Below, one piece after another: positions 23,524 to 37,355 of a stretch of DNA of 64,000 nucleotides. Each line of letters starts with the position of its first letter. Within the stretch, counting starts at the first letter, position 1. The DNA is from Phoronis australis. Its lineage: Eukaryota; Animalia; Phoronida. A program made the position numbers and the translations under genes. The notes under the pieces are model-generated. The model did not search any database and was not told the origin of the DNA. It saw only the letters and a list, made by a program, of their open reading frames with translations. Location of the stretch: positions 266,237 through 330,236 of the forward strand of contig NMRA01000486.1 in assembly GCA_002633005.1 (NCBI GenBank). The letters are read 5' to 3'.

Positions 23524-24145
23524 ACTTTGTGGTAGAGGTCTGTTAAACCTTGCACATTACAGCTTTATTGGAGCTGTGAAACTGATACTGAGGCTGTGTC
23601 AAAAGCAGGAGGCTGTTATTGGTTTGCACTATTTTGGCGGAAACTTTTACTTCCACTAGGCCTGTTCTCAGTTATTTATGAGGATGAAATTCCTCCACCA
23701 GAAATTGGCTTTGTTACGCTTGGATAGCATTTAATGCATCTTGTTCTTCTCTGAACATTTTAAGACAGTTCATGAATGTTGTGTTTTGTATTTTGTAGTA
23801 ATTCAATGACATGTTTTCAAGTTTTGCTAACCTGAGCCTCGATTCGTACTATGGAACCTAAACCATTAATCCTCAGCTCATTTGGAACCTCTCCAGAACT
23901 TTTAAATTTCTTGTAATATTTGCCCTAAAACGTTCACTGACGTTCAATATGAAAACGTAATCTCTTGCCGTTGTGGCCACAGTGACGCATATTCTATGAT
24001 TTATGCGAACATGACTCGTGATCCTGTGGAAACGTCTTCTGTATCTTAGTGACAGTGGAGACCGCAATGTCCTAATTCTTCTTCTTTGTCGAAATTTACT
24101 TAATGGCTCATTGTTTTGTACTCATGTGTTATTTGTTTTTCTCAG

Positions 24146-24203
24146 GAGACAAAGATGATGCTCTGGACCCTATGGACCCTGCTGCTTACTCTGATGTGCC
24201 ACG
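24146..24203 (+). CDS. PQBP1: PQBP1 exon 5
   Basis: tttctcag|, RDKDDALDPMDPAAYSDVPR (conserved LDPMDPxxYSD), donor CG|gtaagt. Confidence 0.95.
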
Positions 24204-24230
24204 GTAAGTATGGATGGCTAGTAGTTAGGG

Positions 24231-24725
24231 AGGTACTGGCCAGGGGGTACTAGGCATAAGGGGTACTGGCTGGACAGGTACTAGGCAGGGGGTACTGGCT
24301 GGACAGGTACTAGGCAGGGGGGTACTGGCTGGACAGGTACTAGANNNNNNNNNNNNNNNNNNNNNNNNNNNNNNNNNNNNNNNNNNNNNNNNNNNNNNNN
24401 NNNNNNNNNNNNNNNNNNNNNNNNNNNNNNNNNNNNNNNNNNNNNNNNNNNNNNNNNNNNNNNNNNNNNNNNNNNNNNNNNNNNNNNNNNNNNNNNNNNN
24501 NNNNNNNNNNNNNNNNNNNNNNNNNNNNNNNNNNNNNNNNNNNNNNNNNNNNNNNNNNNNNNNNNNTGGACAGGTACTAGGCAGGGGGTACTGGCTGGAC
24601 AGGTACTTGGCAGGGGGGTACTGGCTGGACAGTTACTAGGCAGGGGGGTACTTGCCGAACGGTTACTAGCTGAATGGGTACTGGCTTGGCAGGTGTACTG
24701 GCCAGACAGGTACATGCCCAGCAGG
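24231..24725 (+). repeat. Minisatellite, ~28-30-bp unit ggggtactggctggacaggtactaggca (spans an N gap)
   Basis: Tandem units visible on both sides of the gap. Confidence 0.9.
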
Positions 24726-25740
24726 TATGTGGCGGACAATGACCCCTCTCACTTAGTAGTCGGAGCACTTCTCGCACTCTAGCGAAAACGTGTTTTATTT
24801 TCGCAAAATAATTTTTCATTTGGAAAGAGCCGACAGAAGCTTTCTTGAAGAAAGTGTCGATGTTCTTTGGAAAACCAGAAATGCCTGCATTCAGTCATGA
24901 ACTGTTCAGGTTGTAAGGAGAGAGTTTCCCTTGGCTTCAATAAGGAAAGTTTAGTGACGCCTAACCAGTCAAGCAATGTGAACAAAGACCACATACCAGG
25001 TGGCGGATCTCGACAGGACATTCATCTGTTTCAATAAAAAAACGTTACTCGGAAAATGGTGGGATTTGCAAGTATTATTGGAAGTGAGCAGAGACCTGAG
25101 AGGTGTATTTTTACTGAAAACAATTTCAAATAACTATTGGATACCATTCTTGACAATCACTCTCCTTTTATTGAATGTAATTACTACTAAACCTCTTCCA
25201 TCATATTTTTTTCTTCATTTTTGGGAGCTGGATGGGCACAAACCATGGCTTTTTATTTTAAAGCCCACAGATTGCAAAAATTTTGGTCTCTTCACCATTA
25301 TTCATATGTGGAATCTTTGATTTTTAAAACCTGGTTTCCGCATGAGCCCCCAGAAATATGTCACTGAAAAGTTGCTTTTCCAAATGGACCTTGTACGTGA
25401 TTTTAGAAACAATATAAAAATGTTTACAATTATGAATTTTGTGTGGGGTACGTTATTTGCATGTTGGTTTCTTGGGACACTAGATTTCTGTGATTGTTTC
25501 CTTTTTTATTTTTACTACCACAGTACAGTTATCGACTCTTTGTACAATGATACATAAGTCACTCAAAAGGTAGAAGTTTTGTCTTGAGTTCTACTCAGGA
25601 ATGTGTTGTTATTGTGACAGTGAGTCATTCCTTATACTTTGTACCGTATAGGATTTTTATGTTACGGATACACATAATGTTATGTCTGGGCATATTAGCT
25701 TGTCACTGTACTCTGATGGCTATATATTGGTATGTTGCAG

Positions 25741-25885
25741 TGGTGACTGGTCGTCGGGTCTAGACCGCCCTGGGGACGCCAAGACAGGGGTGGACACTAC
25801 AGCATCTGGACCGTTGTTCCAGCAGAGGCCTTACCCCAGCCCTGGGGCTGTACTCAGGGCCAACAGAGCCCAAGAGAAGGAGTAG
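25741..25885 (+). CDS. PQBP1: PQBP1 exon 6 (C-terminal U5-15kD-binding region)
   Basis: gttgcag|, GDWSSGL...[36 protein letters not shown]; contains the YxxPxxVL motif. Confidence 0.97.
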
Positions 25886-25971
25886 ATATCATCCTCCCGT
25901 ACCCCAAGGCCACACCCCTAGCCTGGAACTGTACAGAGTGTTTTCAAAGCTTGAAAGAAGGACTAGGTCAT

Positions 25972-26159
25972 GAGAATTCAAAAGTGAAAGACTTGGTGTT
26001 CACTAGGTGGCGCTAATGGAGAAACAAAAGTGAACAAAGTTGCTCACCACTATTGCACACGTTAGTACAATAGGGTTCCTATGCAACGAGCTGAATGACT
26101 GCATAGCCATGTATGGACTGTTAGTCTCAAGGCGCCATCTGGTGAATTTTGAATTCCTC
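25972..26159. mobile_element. MITE in the PQBP1 3' UTR
   Basis: gagaattcaaaa...ttcactaggtggcgc and gcgccatctggtgaattttgaattcctc form inverted ends; related fragments at ~22755 and ~61965. Confidence 0.6.
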
Positions 26160-26230
26160 CTGGAAGTAAATGACTATGTTTTGGACTATTGAATTGTCAG
26201 TGATGTGGAAATTTATTTGAATGTGCTGTA

Positions 26231-26236
26231 AATAAA
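26231..26236 (+). promoter_or_regulatory. Putative PQBP1 polyadenylation signal
   Basis: AATAAA ~345 nt after the stop codon, followed by T-rich sequence. Confidence 0.55.
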
Positions 26237-27035
26237 TTTTGTCAGTTTTTCCCCATTTTCATTTTGTTTGACACACATTTGGGGCTGTTATTTCTTTTCA
26301 TGCACTACTTTATAAGGCATATCCAAGAAATAGAACTGTCAAGCTTATCATTAACAAACAGGACCTCAAAAAAATTTACTTGCCAGATGGTAGTAACAGC
26401 CATCCCGTTTCGGGAGAGCCAGGCAAGCCCCAGATTTTCTGAAGCATTTTGACTTGTTTTAAAATACTCAGGGTGTCGTTTGTGGCAATAGAGATAATCA
26501 TATCATCGTAGATAATTTTGCGACTGATTTTGTTGGGGGAAAGGGTACAAATTTTAATTTTTGGACAGCTCAACAGATGGCATTGTAGTTTTCAAACAGC
26601 TTTATTTATTTTGACGATACAACGAGTCCCCTCTTGTTTCTTCTCTCGCTGGTACAAATTGTCTCCTAAATTTATATTCTGTTCTCTAGTTTCGTGAGGA
26701 ATCCGTCTAGAGTCCATTATTATGTTTTCTGTAGGGTTTCAGTAAAATACCCGGAGAGGTGAGAGCTCTTACTTGATTTTATTTGGTATAATGTTGCGCC
26801 AGCAACTCCTTGGATATTACTCTCTCAGTTATTGTCCCTGTAAGTATTTTGTCTTTGGGTTATCAGTGGTATCCTCGGGGTTGTATGGTCTGGTAGTATG
26901 GAAAATCGAAAAGAGCAGCAATTGAGCGGGGGTAGTCGGTGAAAGCGGTAGCCTCAGGCACAGGTTTTCCTTATTTTGTACTAGTCTTACCAATTTTACC
27001 TGTTGGCCAAGTATTGCGTTGGCACCCCTTCTCAA

Positions 27036-27195
27036 CAGGGACGGATCCAGGGGTTTTAAAAGGGGGGTCGGATCAAGGATTTTTTCAAAAAGGCGGGTCC
27101 AAGTCAACAATTTGAAAAATCTAGGTTCGTCATCACTAAAATCAAGAGAAATGGGGGGATCCGGACCCCTTTTACCCACCCCGGATCCGCCTATG
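27036..27195. mobile_element. hAT5-like MITE with 5-bp TSD CTCAA
   Basis: cagggacggatccagg...ccggatccgcctatg flanked by ctcaa on both sides; sibling copy at 35469. Confidence 0.8.
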
Positions 27196-29435
27196 CTCAA
27201 GTGGAAGAGACGCTCTCCTAGAGTAAAAACACAAAAACGCATTTTACAATTACCAAAAAATAGTGTTGGTGTTTTCATACTGGTCTCTAGTGTAATAGGA
27301 CTAGAGATTACTCAAAGACTTTCGAAGACCTAATTGAGTCTTATATTTGCTCGAAAACATCTGTCCGAATCAGGTCGACTTATTGAGTCTGGTTAGTTAC
27401 AACGAATTGTCAATTCTTCTCAAGCCATAAAACCACTTCTTTCGAGAATAAGGTACAAGTTACTCTTAAGAGGTAAGCACACTGCACACGACTATATTTT
27501 TATGAACGAGGGTGCAACTGAAAAGTTGCGCCCAATTCAGTAGAGAGTGGACTGGAAAAGGGAACCCCATTTATTAATAGCTTCTATGAACAATAAACGA
27601 TCCTTTTAAGGGTTTTGTTACACAAACACTACCCTTTTGTTGCGACTAATCCTAAATCTCTTTGAAGAGACTCTTAAGACAGCTGTTTTAACCCATGAAG
27701 TCTGAAACAGTGCTAAAGGAGGTGTCAGTAGTAGATGCCAAAGTTTCATGAAATTGAAAACACTACTTTTGATTTTTAGTTTGAAGAAAGAGCCTTTTGA
27801 CCTGAGGAGTTGAGGCCTTTTGTAGGATATTAATTAAATCTGCAAAGGGGGTCCTTTTGTAAGATACTATCGGAAAACGCGCCATGTGATGCGTCAAGCA
27901 ATGCCACCATCCGGCCATTCCTGCTTTTTCCAGGTTCCTTATATTTCTCTGCGTTGTCTGCTGTCAGGTATCTATTGACAGTACTCACGAAATGTCGGAT
28001 TTTGTGTACGGTCATTGAGCGACATGAAATGAGAAAACTACAAAATTCGCATCCATGTTTTAAAGCAGGCCTTCTATTTACTTTAGCAGAGTATTGTCAG
28101 ATGTTCTTTTGGTATAAATGATAAATTGGCATATCGGACGGTGAGAGAATCTTCCTGAAACAAGTCCAAATTATTGCCCGTCTTGACGAATAGTTGACAA
28201 CCTCAGCATCGCCGTTGCCGGCATACTCGAAAAGCCACCAAGCAATTTTATCTGAGAAGCCAAACGTATGAGTGACGTAACCATAGATTCATGAGAAATG
28301 TTAAGACAAACTAGTGTGACCCTATCCGTACTCGAGCAGTGAACTAGTTCAACTCCCAGAAGCGAGAACACTACCAATTAAACCGAGCTAATTCTTATTT
28401 TCTTTAATGTCTTATATATGTAGGAAGAGATGACCGTACAACACATGATTCGTGCACGACATTTTTCTCAGTCAACAGTAACTTTTCCAGGTCTACCAGC
28501 CTCCCGTTCAGTAGCAATAGGACCTCGCTAAAAAGCACATGCAAATTGACATCAACATTTTTTTAGTTAGATTGGTGATTATTCAAGCAAAATATAAGCA
28601 ACAATTAGAAACGACACTACCCTTTTATTGTTGGCGATAACAGTGGCACCTGGCAATAACTTCGATGGGACTGAAGTAGCGACTGCACCGTAGCGTCGAC
28701 GCTCCGGTGTTAAATCCACCTCTTTATTGCAAAGTTAACTACAGAAGTTAACCGTTCATACTGACCACAACTCCCCAAAACACCGACGCGTCGACGTTAG
28801 TGAGAAAGGCCCGTAAGAATGACCCGTTGACCACAGCCATAGCCAACTCGTCACCAGTTTTCGAAAAAATATTCTGCCGCCTCCAGAGTTCAACTTAACG
28901 CAATTGTTGAAGTTGCATATCGTCGTGAGAACGAATGTTTTCAACAGGAGACAAATGATAACACTGCGGGTATCCTCACGCTCAGCTGTAAGTCGCATGT
29001 AAAAGATTACAGTGTGAATTCCGTTTTTCGTGACAAATTGCCGAAGGATATAATTATATTCGCAAACAATACCGTGCTCGCCGATAGTTCAGAAACAATC
29101 CGTTTTTGAAGTTGGCGCACGTCTAAACAAATTTTTAAACCTCAACCTCCTCGTTTCCAAAAAGTAGGCCTAATCTGCATCCACAGCTGACTAGACGTTT
29201 CTCACAATATCGTTAAGACTGAACATAGGAACCCCTTTAAATCCTTTTAAAATAGCCACTCGCTGCTCATTATGGGAGGCCCGGTGAAAATATTGAACCG
29301 TGAATGAGATGATTTTAAAATCTTTGAGGACCATGATGTATTTGTACTTTGCTAAACATGTGTTGTGAATATTGCACTGTGTCCTTGTAAAAAAAATACA
29401 ACTAATAATGATAATGATGATAATAACGATAACGA

Positions 29436-29920
29436 GTAATAGTAGCGATAGTAATACTAATAGTAATAGTAGTGATAGTAGTACTAATAGTAATAGTAGC
29501 GATAGTAATACTAATAGTAATAGTAGCGATAGTAATACTAATAGTAATAGTAGCGATAGTAATACTAATAGTAATAGTAGCGATAGTAATACTAATAGTA
29601 ATAGTAGCGATAGTAATACTAATAGTAATAGTAGCGATAGTAATACTAATAGTAATAGTAGCGATAGTAATACTANGATTTTAAAATCTTTGAGGACCAT
29701 GATGTATTTGTACTTTGCTAAACATGTGTTGTGAATATTGCACTGTGTCCTTGTAAAAAAATACAACTAATAATGATAATGATGATAATAACGATAACGA
29801 GTAATAGTAGCGATAGTAATACTAATAGTAATAGTAGCGATAGTAATACTAATAGTAATAGTAGCGATAGTAATACTAATAGTAATAGTAGTAATAGTAG
29901 TTACAGTAGTAATAGTTATG
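29436..29920 (+). repeat. 27-bp minisatellite (aatagtagcgatagtaatactaatagt), duplicated across a contig join
   Basis: Tandem units. Sequence from ~29311 restarts exactly after the N at 29676, which indicates an assembly overlap. Confidence 0.9.
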
Positions 29921-31793
29921 TAATAGTAATAAAAGTGATAATGGGTAGCCAAAATCGTGCTGTGTCAATTTCTATAGAATAGGTATACGAAAAGTGCCGC
30001 CCAAAAGGGTGTTTTTTTCACGGAAAAAAGTACTCTCCAAAATGATGCCATTTTCGACAAAATACTATCTAAAGGGGTGCCTTTTCTGAATTTCTGGAAC
30101 AGAGCTGCGCGAAAATGTGAATTTTTACACAGAATTACTCTCAAAATGGGTCATTTTTGTTCAAATCCACTCTCTTAATGGGTAGGTATCCAAATTTTTC
30201 GGGCTGCACCCATCGTCCAAAAGTACTCGAGTATCCCTCGGCCAGCGTGTCAGATACCTCTTGTTCGTGATTTTGGTCATTTTCTTTGTAATATGACGTT
30301 GGTTTCGAAAAATGTAACAATGGTACATTTCTCACATGCGCATTCGACGTAAAATGTAACAATGACGTAAAATGTAACAGTGGTTACGTAACGAATAACG
30401 AAATTGTTACATTTAACGGCGTATCAAAGCACATTTCCCGGCACATTGTCATACAGCATGCGTACGGGAGTACTTATTACCGGGTCCTGTTCAAATATTT
30501 TGATTCATAAATGCGTTTATCACCAAACAAAACGCGTTGACGTCGTAATAAGTTACATAAAGTTCGATCCTTGTCTGGGAGTGGCTAGACCTATTATTCA
30601 ACTCCCTGGGCATGCGTTTGTTAAGAATGGGGAAGTGGGTCAAAGTGTGCACGACGTCCACCTGCCTGCCGTCTGTTAATGAGACGGCAGCCAATATTTT
30701 TCTGCCCCAAGATTGCACAGCCACTGAACTATAAATGGGCGGAGAGGGGCTGCAAAAGGAGTCCCACACCCGGTTTCTAGGGACACGACCAAAAAATAAA
30801 ACAATGAAATCATTTTTGTCAGTATTGCTTATGATGCCGTTTGCAGGGCTTACGTCGGTGGTCGGTAAAAATGTGTTTGCACCTCCCCACTCCCGCCCCC
30901 TTATGCCATGCTAGATCCGCCAGGGAAGTGGCTGGAACATGTAAAAGCAAAGATATGGAGAGTAATTGAGAGGCGTGTAACCCCGGAATGTCAGTGATCC
31001 TCCACGGTGTGAAGACGGTCTTCAGTTCAAATAGAGCGTAAAAAAGTGTACGAAGACGCGAGGCCAGGCTCTAAATCAGTCGACTCGGACCTGGAACTTA
31101 CTAATCACGATGGATGATTTGAGTACAAGTATCAAGTTCTTAATTTACTCGTAGCCGGCAACCGACGTGCCTTGCAAAGTCGGTGAATTTTCAGGGCAAG
31201 CTAGGACCTAGACTGGGCCAAGGTATCATACTCTGATAAATTTTGACGGTCAAAAATACTCCTGGGCAAGTACATGATGTTGCGATTAGAGCGTCAACTT
31301 GTTCGAGACAACCACCAAAATCAGTCGCCTTTCTCATGTCTGGGATGCCTTAGCGGCTTCTGTGCAGATCGACAAAGATGCAGTTTACATTTACTTATTT
31401 GTTTTACCTCAGTTAATAGAGCATGCAGTTGACGTGAATCACGCAGTACAAATCGGTTCATTCGTAGCTCATGGCCACTCTAAGAGGTGATCAACAAAAG
31501 CTTGACCGAGCAAACAATGAGGGCTTTTAGGTGGCTTGCTTTATTGTGTGCTAAAGCGTCGCCCGAATGAACTAACTTCACCGAGAGAGACCAGGATGCG
31601 ACGTAGGCTACATGTAATATTTGAGCAGTCGGGTTCACTACTATTGAACACTGGAGAAACTTCTGCTCAAACTTCGTAAAGGTTTTCACATCCAGCTAGG
31701 CCAACACCTTCTGAGGATCACTGTTTGATTAGCAAAGGCTTTCAGAAACTAAATGTCTTATTTCTGTCCGACAGACTCAGGACAGGCGGCGAC

Positions 31794-31851
31794 ATGGTGG
31801 TTACGGTGACAGCAGCGGTCGTCTTCGCTTTCACCATCGGATCTTGTCAAG
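31794..31851 (+). CDS. 2xCUB single-pass membrane protein, signal-peptide exon
   Basis: MVVTVTAAVVFAFTIGSCQ(G), donor G|gtaaat, phase 1 matching the next exon; an acceptor ...gtccgacag at 31774 suggests a non-coding upstream exon. Model: join(31794-31851,34643-34788,34947-35184,35810-36187,36658-36747,37262-37355,37970-38077,38742-39609) = 659 aa. Confidence 0.75.
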
Positions 31852-34206
31852 GTAAATCTTCAGAGGTTATAGGTAGCGGAGAATTTTAAACTGGTGCGAA
31901 CACGATTCGTACGAGTATGTGTAGTTTTGATGTGTTATACGCGGCTCAAGTAAAATTTCAACTAGCGTGTCACCTGAGACTAGATTTGTACAGATAGCCG
32001 GTTTTTATTCTCCGATGACTTTAGTGTAATTTGGGTTCATAGACCGAGTTTGCTTGAGTGTGAGATTCTCATTGCGGACTAAGGCAAACTTTTGATTGAG
32101 ACCTAAGGACCACATTCTCGACACAGCTTGTCAAGGTAAACCGGGACTGAAGGAATATTCAATGTGGATAGGGCTTCAAAAGTCCACGGGGCACCCAGTC
32201 ACTGTACAGTGTGCACCGCCCCTCCCCCTCCCGATGGTGCCACGACGACAACTTTTGAATGACGTTATAAACACGGATGATGATTCTGTTCCAACATCGG
32301 AGTGTCATAACCCTACTATATCTACATCATGGTTCTGTGGGTATATATATATATGTAGAATAGACTCCGTTCTTGTCTGCCACTGCCGTGGCCTATAATC
32401 GTATTGCGAAATTTAACGACTTGCGTTAATGTTGTGTGGGGTCTCATTGCGCGATCGCAACCCATTGGCAATATTAGCAGATAGGTGTCAACTAAAAAAG
32501 GCATTATTTTGAGAAAGGGTGGAGAGAAAGATCAGAAATTAGGCTATCAATGAAGTGTAACCTGTAGCCAATAGGAAATTGTATACACTGCTTAACGTTG
32601 ATATACCTGGCTGAGGTGAGTTTAGACATGAGGTCATCCCATGCGCGCTGCTGAACCGCGACATCTTATTATTCTGTAACCTAACAACCCATAACACGTA
32701 ATTAGTTGTTGGGCGTAGCATTGAAAATAGGACAGGGGCAAGTCTAAGATCTTGAGCAAGGCCATGATCATATTTCCCTTTTACTCATTAGCTTAAATGA
32801 AAGTTATAAACCAAGGAAAATGTGCTTCAAACCCTAAGCAAAATTTTGAGATTGTTTTGTGAAAGTTAATCGGGATTTTGCGATTTTCATGTGTAGGCGT
32901 AACTATTCAAAGGGATGTCACTTCAAACTCTTAAATGCAGTTTTCTGCAAAAGGAAAAGATTTTAGACTAATGCGCAACGAATAACATAAAAAAGTACCA
33001 GCAAAACAAGCTCTAGATTGATACTGGGTCTTGTGCGTCAGATCATATTATAATCAAGGACATATCAAATGCACGTGAGCAACTCGCGCTTCTTGAACTA
33101 GTACCCGGAAAATATCGATATTTTGCCTGGTCAAAAAACGTTGCCCAAGCATTTTGGAATTTGGCTACTGCAGTCAAATCAGCATGTGTATTGGCGAATA
33201 TATTAAATTAAAACATACTAGGAAGTAGTTACAAAAGGACGTTCTTGTCACTTCATTTTCATTAGAAGCCCAAGGCAGGGAATCGCACTGCGCTGCCACA
33301 TTTGGCAATCGAAAGCTGGGGCTTCGATAACAATTTTTTGTAGTAGGATATTGAAGTTCTAGCTGTATTCGACAAGATCTGTTAGAAGCGGTGGAGTTCA
33401 GTAACGCTAGGACCTAGCTAAAATCTAGCGATAATGACGTGTTCTCATTTAATACACACGGCAATATCTCTTGTAATTTCGCGAAGTCTTGCTTTTTAGC
33501 AAGGCTCCCTAGCGTTACTCTACTCTACCTAGACCTCATAGTAAATTTGGAAATTTTGAGGAGAAAAATCGCCTACGCAGACGAAATGTTTCTCCGTGTT
33601 TTATCGCCATCCTTTAAATGAAGAAACTTATTCAGTATTCTACATTGGCGAAAGATGTTTAAAAACCACACATCCCAAGTTCAGGAGATGTCATCTGTTT
33701 TGGGAATCATGACACCAGAAAAAGGGATGCAGATGCCAATGATAGTGGCGTCTCTGTCCGGAAGTAGCAGCAACTGCACTACATACGTCACGAGGTCACG
33801 GTGGTATTACAAGTGCGGCTATAGGGTTACTTCCGTAACGGGCGACAAAGGCTATCTAGGAACTTATCGGCAAATCTATAAATTTAGCAAAATGTCTACA
33901 GAACTATAAATTTTAACTTAATAAAAGTACGCGTTTTCCGAAAGTAGAAAGCCTGTGGAATTTCATGTTTGATTTTTCCAATATGCCGTTAATTGAGTCA
34001 CGCGAACATTTCTTTTCAGTAAAATTTAGGAAAAAAGGAAGGTACGTTGGCAGTAACCCAATGGTATCAACAACATTATCAAATTACGTTTAATTCAAAT
34101 TTTACAATTTGTTTTTCCGTTTTCGTGTAACAAACTTTTGTTTTTTTCATGGAAATCATCAAAGTCTGACTTTTGTGATACCCCGCCATACAAAAATGGA
34201 ACATTA

Positions 34207-34363
34207 CAGGGGCGGATCCAGGATTTTGAGTTAGGTGGGGGCCAGGGCAGAGTATTAGCCATAGTTTTGCCCGTCAGACATTTGCACCCCCTGTCAAATG
34301 GAATCTGGGAGAATTTTAGGGGGGCCATGGGCCCCTGGCCCTCCCCTCCTAAGTCCGTCACTG
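34207..34363. mobile_element. hAT5-like MITE with 5-bp TSD CATTA
   Basis: caggggcggatccagg...aagtccgtcactg flanked by catta on both sides. Confidence 0.8.
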
Positions 34364-34642
34364 CATTAGACAAATCCTAAAAGTGTTTTGGAGAACAGTG
34401 AATGACTGGAAGCGTGAGGTCTGAGAGTTTCACTCACGGCATTTCTGAAATGTGATAATCCAAAGTTAGCCAAATTTGGACGTTTTTCTATGCTTCATTA
34501 CAGCTGTTGAATAGTTGCATCTGGTTTCACACCTGCATTGGTGGAAGCCCGACGGAAGAGGTAGCGTCTGCAGCGGTGGTAATGTGACATCACAAGGGTG
34601 TCTGCGTCCATATAATGTTCGTTTAAATCTTTTGTCTCTCAG

Positions 34643-34788
34643 GCAACGTACTATATGAGATGTGTCCAACCAAAGTCATTCCAGTAACATCAGGTGGCGT
34701 GCTAACAACTCCGAGCTTTCCGTCAAACTATCCGATTGACGTGGACTGTGTCGCAACAATAAAGGCGCCTCCTGGCTACAAGATCTGG
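34643..34788 (+). CDS. CUB domain 1, N-terminal exon
   Basis: tctctcag|, NVLYEMCPTKVIPVTSGGVLTTPSFPSNYPIDVDCVATIKAPPGYKIW, |gtaagc; CUB motif 'GxxxSPxFPxxYPxxxxCxxxI'. Confidence 0.92.
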
Positions 34789-34946
34789 GTAAGCGATGTT
34801 ACTCAACTGCAGGGCATAAGGTGCACGACCAGATACTGGTCAATAAAACGTAACTTGAACAAAATTTAATACTAGAATGTTTAAGTTTATATTGAATACA
34901 GATGATTCATTGGTTCATACACACTATGTCGTTTCTTTGGTTCCAG

Positions 34947-35184
34947 TTTCATCCCCTGCAAGACCAGTTCACCTTTGAGCTGGAGGCGAAGGATGAGGTA
35001 CAGTGCAAAGGTTGTTGTGACTGGATGCAAGTTGTGGATTCCCAGAGACAAGACCAGCCTCTCACGCAGAAACTTTGTGGTTCTCAGACTACCTTCGACT
35101 TGAAGAGTTTGTCAAATGAAGTTCGTGTGTCATTTTATAGCGACAATTCCCTTCCAAAACAAGGATTCAGTCTCCCGTTTGAAG
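34947..35184 (+). CDS. CUB domain 1, C-terminal exon
   Basis: gttccag|, FHPLQDQFTFELE...CCDWMQVVD...KLCGS...SLSNEVRVSFYSDNSLPKQGFSLPFE, G|gtaatt. Confidence 0.92.
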
Positions 35185-35468
35185 GTAATTCGTTGGATAA
35201 GAACTTTTTGATACAGACTATAGACTGCATTACAATGTTACACAATAGATACCAAAATTATTAATTCACCTACAAGTCAAAACATAGGAGACCATGTAAA
35301 TATTTTGCTTACAAGTAGGTTCACAATCATAACTTTAATATTTTGTCGTACTAATTACTGTTTTAACATTTAATATAAAACATGAAACATGATTATTAGT
35401 ATCATTATGGTTTTGGACTATTACTACTGCTATTACTGTTGTTGTTTTTGTTGTTACTATTGTTATTG

Positions 35469-35625
35469 CATGGGCGGATCCAGGGTTTTTTAAAAGGGGG
35501 ATCTGATCAAGGATTCTTTAAAAAGGGGGATTCAAGTCAACAATTTGAAAATTCTAGATTTGATATCACTAAATCATATAAAGGGGGGGGGGCAGAAACC
35601 CTTGACCCTCATGGATCCGCCTATG
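35469..35625. mobile_element. MITE, same subfamily as 27036-27195
   Basis: catgggcggatccaggg...atggatccgcctatg. Confidence 0.7.
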
Positions 35626-35809
35626 TACCATCATGATTATTATTATTGTGGTGTGAGGTTATTGCTTAGGTATTTCCCTATTTTTTTCAATAATCTAACT
35701 AAAACACTTGTCGAATTATTCTTCAAAATTTAATTCGCTGTTTTACACTGAGTAATTTCCTCAACGGTTTGAAGACTTTTGACCAAACGATAAGGGCGTG
35801 TCGTTTCAG

Positions 35810-36187
35810 TTGTCCTGGAGCCGTTGTACACTATATGTCAAGACTCTACCACCGCAGCATTGCGCGGTACCATTGTGTCTCCTGGATGGCCCTCTTCATC
35901 ATATCCCACGAACAAGGATTGTAAGATATCAGTAACAGTTCCCGAGGGGCACAATATTCAACTTACTAGTCAACTCCTGGAGATAGAGACAGACTCCGAC
36001 TGTAGTACGACGACTTGCTGTAGCACTGATTGGTTGGAATTTCGTGACATCAACAGGAATGTCCTGGTGAAAAAATTTTGTAGCGGAGACCCCAGTGCTG
36101 AGTTGCTGTCGAACACCGCTGTCATTGAGTTTCATTCCGACGGTTATAACAAGGGAAACTTCAGGGGATTCCAGTTTGTATACGAAG
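35810..36187 (+). CDS. CUB domain 2 exon
   Basis: gtttcag|, ...CQD...GTIVSPGWPSSSYPTNKDCKISVTVPEG...DWLEFRD...KFCSG...VIEFHSDGYNKGNFRGFQFVYE, G|gtgatt. Confidence 0.93.
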
Positions 36188-36657
36188 GTGATTTTAAAGC
36201 GTTCCACGCTCTCGAACATTTCGATTGGTAACACTCTATCTGTGAATGAAAACAAACAGAATGAAATTAAGTTTTGGAAATGTACATTGAAACTACGCAA
36301 AAAAGTCACTCACGACTAATTATCGTCGTCGTAGTGACAATATCCTTTTCGTTGAGAAATTAATTTAACGTTTTCAGTGACCAAAAGAAATGGACATACC
36401 GGTACTATTTTTAAAGTGAGATTATTCGAGCATATCCATTCCCAACTAGTGTGACTACTATGCTGGGATGAGTAGGCTCTGGCCAGTCTTACTGTTTATT
36501 TTACTTTTCTTCAAGAAATAATCCAATTCTGAAACAAGTTTTAAAACTACTAATTTCCAGCCTTTGCACTCGTTCGGTTGAGCGAGGAGGGTGTCTTCGA
36601 AAGCGCGCACAGTCTCTCTTTTAAATCATGCTTGACTTGCACCTTTTCTGTTTTCAG

Positions 36658-36747
36658 CGGTTTATGTTCAAACAACGACCATAAGAAAACCAACCAAGAA
36701 CGGGACGGAGGTGTCACCAGTACCCACCGGGCAGCCAAGTGTGAATT
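36658..36747 (+). CDS. CUB protein T/P-rich stalk exon
   Basis: ctgttttcag|, AVYVQTTTIRKPTKNGTEVSPVPTGQPSVN, T|gtaaga; phase 1 to 1. Confidence 0.75.
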
Positions 36748-37261
36748 GTAAGACAAGATACCCCCAACAATGCACAGCCTGTTTATACCGCAAGGATTTT
36801 TGAAGTTAGATTTAGTGACGCTGCCATCAATGAAAAATAGTTGTTGTACTGAAGTTTTGCAAATGTTACATGTCAACATCCACAAGAAATCACTGTCCCC
36901 CGCTATAGTACAGATTCTACAGATACGTTGTAAATGAAGTCAACAGCGAAGTCGGAGGTTACTATGCCACTCTAGAATTTTCTATTTATTTCAGCACACT
37001 AACTATTAGGCCCTACATTAGAAATTTCAGTACACTAAAACTAACATTTCAGAAAGTGGGATACTTCGCAACAACGTGCATAGTGTTCAAAACTCTGTGT
37101 GCACGCTACCGCATTCGTGATAAGTGCCAATAATATTAGTCGCTTTCAGAATTTTAACCCCCTTTCTGTGACAAAGCCAAATGTTTCCCAAATGTAGGGC
37201 CTATTCAAAACTTTGAAAAATCTTTTCCGATGACGAATCAATGGGAACTATTTTTTTACAG

Positions 37262-37355
37262 TTGCTGCCATCATCGCCGCGGCAATAGTTGGCGGAGCAG
37301 TACTTATAGTACTTTTACTCATTATAGTGCTGGTTGTGAGACGGAAGACAGGCTA
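37262..37355 (+). CDS. CUB protein transmembrane exon
   Basis: ttttttacag|, FAAIIAAAIVGGAVLIVLLLIIVLVVRRKTG, TA|gtaagt; hydrophobic helix followed by a basic stop-transfer RRK. Confidence 0.9.

Noticed and set aside
29191-29982. Long Leu-rich and Ser/Asn-rich ORFs
   Set aside because: They are translations of a 27-bp minisatellite duplicated across a contig join.
30730-30746. TATAAA plus GC box as the CUB-gene promoter
   Set aside because: These are short motifs expected by chance, and there is no evidence for the transcription start.
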